From contig CM120645.1 of NCBI GenBank assembly GCA_051362555.1, forward strand, positions 17,484,001 through 17,548,000: a DNA stretch of 64,000 bases. Direction: 5' to 3'. Positions 61,501 to 64,000 of this stretch are shown in pieces; position 1 is the first letter of the stretch, and each line of letters opens with the position of its first letter. The position numbers and the translations under genes were made by a program. Under the pieces are notes generated by a model, which made no database searches, was not told the DNA's origin, and was given only the letters and a program-made list of their open reading frames with translations. The stretch is from Lingula anatina. Lineage: Eukaryota > Animalia > Brachiopoda.

Positions 61501-64000
61501 ATAGTTAAACGTTAATAATTTTCACAAAACTTTTTCAATATTTGTGAAAGTTGGAGAGATGATGCTTAACAATAACAAAAATCTGTGATAAGCTTAACAG
61601 TTGACAGTGTGTGATAGAATTGTAGTTGATTGACATTTTGTATGTGAAGAGTGAGAATTATCTACAATTTTTTTTTTCAATTTCACAACATCTAATTAGA
61701 CTCACATTAAACATCAAATATTATGATTTGAGTTTGTTTGTGTAAGAGGTGACAAATTACCCACAATTGTCCTCTGGAAAAGAATATATACCCATTTAAG
61801 ACATCTCCTTACTACCAATACCAGATGCAGATTCCTCCTTACAATCGGTTTCTGGAATAGGGTTTAGCACACCATTTGACAATGTCCTAAAGCTTGCCAT
61901 ATACCATCTATTGTACACATGGATGAGACATAGCATTGCTCTTGCTGTTGTCTTTTGCTGTCTGTTTTTTCTATAGGAATTAGCCCTGACCAGACAGGAA
62001 GAATCAGTTCACCAAAAAAGCCATCACGCTGTATGGAAAAGGTCACCTGGAAAAAGAACAATATGTTTGATAAAAGTGAAAATTAAATTCTAAAAATTGA
62101 CAAATTTCCCACACTTAAATATTTGAACAATAATTTTGATTAACTTAACCTAAACAGTTGACTATGTCTAATAAAAAGTACATTTTCAGAACATATTAAT
62201 TTGAGAAATACTGAAAATGACATTGAAAAGACTGCCAAATTCCATGGCTTGAAATAGTTAAACGTTAATAATTTTCACAAATCTTGTCCAATATTTGTGA
62301 AATTTGGACAGATGATACATAACAATAATAAAAATCAGTGATAAGCTCATCAGTTGACTGCGTCTCATGAAAAACATTTTTTAAAGCATATAAATGTGAG
62401 AAAACTGAAAATGACATTGAAAAGACTGCCAAATTCCATGGCTTGAAATAGTTAAACGTCAATAATTTTCACAAATCTTGTCTAATATTTGTGAAATTTG
62501 GACAGATGATGCATAACAACGATAAAAATCTGTGATAAGCTCATCAGTTGACTGTGTCTCATGAAAAAGATTTTTTTGGACAATAAAATTGAGAAAACAG
62601 AAAATGACATTGAAAAGACTGCAAAATGCGGTGCCTTAAAATAGTTAAACGTTAATAATTTTCACAAATCTTGTTCAAGATTTGGGAAATTTGGACAGAT
62701 GATGCATAACAATAATAAAAATCTGTAATAAGCTCATCAGTTGACTATGTCTCATCAAAAACATTTTTCAGAGCATATAAATGTGAGAAAACTGAAAATG
62801 ACATTGAAAAGACTGCCAAATTCCATGGCTTAAATTAGTTAAACGTTAATAATTTTCACAAATCTTGTCTTATATTTGTGAAATTTGGATAGATGATGCA
62901 TAACAATAATAAAAATCTGTGATAAGCTCATCAGTTGACTGCGTCTCATGAAAAACATTTTTTAAAACATATAAATGTGAGAAAACTGAAAATGACATTG
63001 AAAAGACTGCAAAATTCCATGGCTTAAAATAGTTAAATGTTAATAATTTTCACAAATCTTGTCTAATATTTGTGAAATTTGGATAGATGATGCATAACAA
63101 CAATAAAAATCTGTGATGAGCTCATCAGTTGACTGTGTCTCATGAAAAAGATTTTTTTTGGACAATTAATTTGAGAAAACTGAAAATAACACTGAAACGA
63201 CTGCCAAATTCCATGGCTTAAAATAGTTAAACGTTAATAATTTTCACAAATCTTGTTCAAGATTTGTGAAATTTGGACAGATGATGCATAACAATAATAA
63301 AAATCTGTAATAAGCTCATCAGTTGACTATGTCTCATGAAAAACATTTTTCAGAGCATATAAATGTGAGAAAACTAAAAATGACATTGAAAAGACTGCCA
63401 AATTCCATGGCTTAAAATAGTTAAACGTTAATAATTTTCACAAATCTTGTCTAATTTTTGTGAAATTTGGACAAATGATGTATAACAACAATACAAATCT
63501 GTGATAATATGTGATAAGCTCATCAGTTGACTGTGTCTCATTTAAAAGATTTTTTTGGACAATAAATTTGAGAAAATTGAAAATGACACTGAGAAGACTG
63601 CAAAATGCGGTGCCTTAAAATAGTTAAACGTTAATAATTTTCACAAAACTTTTTCAATATTTGTGAAAGTTGGAGAGATGATGCTTAACAATAACAAAAA
63701 TCTGTGATAAGCTTAACAGTTGACAGTGTGTGATAGAATTGTAGTTGATTGACATTTTGTATGCGAAGATTGAGAATTATCTACAATATTTCTTTTTCAA
63801 TTTCACAACATCTAATTAGACTCACATTAAACATCAAATATTATGATTTGAGTTTGTTTGTGTAAGAGGTGACAAATTACCCATAATTGTCCTCTGGAAA
63901 AGAATATATACCCATTTAAGACATCTCCTTACTACCAATACCAGATGCAGATTCCTCCTTACAATCGGTTTCTGGAATAGGGTTTAGCACACCATTTGAC

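Larger units (their letters stand above)
53500..64000. repeat. ~194-bp AT-rich satellite: degenerate at 53.5-54.4 and 55.9-57 kb, homogeneous from 57 kb, with 1526-bp and 5172-bp higher-order periods
   Basis: AATAGTTAAACG at 57081, 57275 and 57468. Identical spacer ORFs at 58812, 60338 and 61864 (1526 apart). GTTCAAGATTTGGG at 57501/62673 and CATTTGAC ending 58828/64000 (5172 apart). Confidence 0.95.

Noticed and set aside
58812-62061. Three identical 65-aa ORFs as a tandem gene family
   Set aside because: They lie within the 1526-bp satellite unit, start at a non-ATG codon, and show no recognisable domain.

Overview
AT-rich, repeat-dense eukaryotic (invertebrate, mollusc-like) genomic DNA with spliceosomal exon/intron structure and no prokaryotic features. 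The core is a multi-exon + strand gene (~21.6/28.2-41.6 kb) for a type-I membrane protein: Cys-rich CxC repeats, EGF, VWD, tandem EGF, two cadherin domains, S/T stalk, TM and an acidic tail. It looks pseudogenised: in-frame stop in the VWD exon, frameshifts, MITEs inside two exons, and a 67-bp minisatellite made from an EGF exon half plus a splice-donor-like motif. Transposons include Gypsy integrase, Ngaro/DIRS and LINE remnants, a Tc1 element carrying a nested CACTA/EnSpm element, Harbinger, Kolobok-like and 9-bp-TSD MITEs, and a P-like footprint. An old ~6 kb paralogous block (12-18.4 kb vs 47-53.3 kb) retains splice-like sites, tRNA-like heads and a CTCF-type motif. From ~53.5 kb to the end lies a ~194-bp satellite with 1526-bp and 5172-bp higher-order periods. 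All calls come from reading by eye; no database search was run, and I see no clear evidence of a wholly new system, only candidates.
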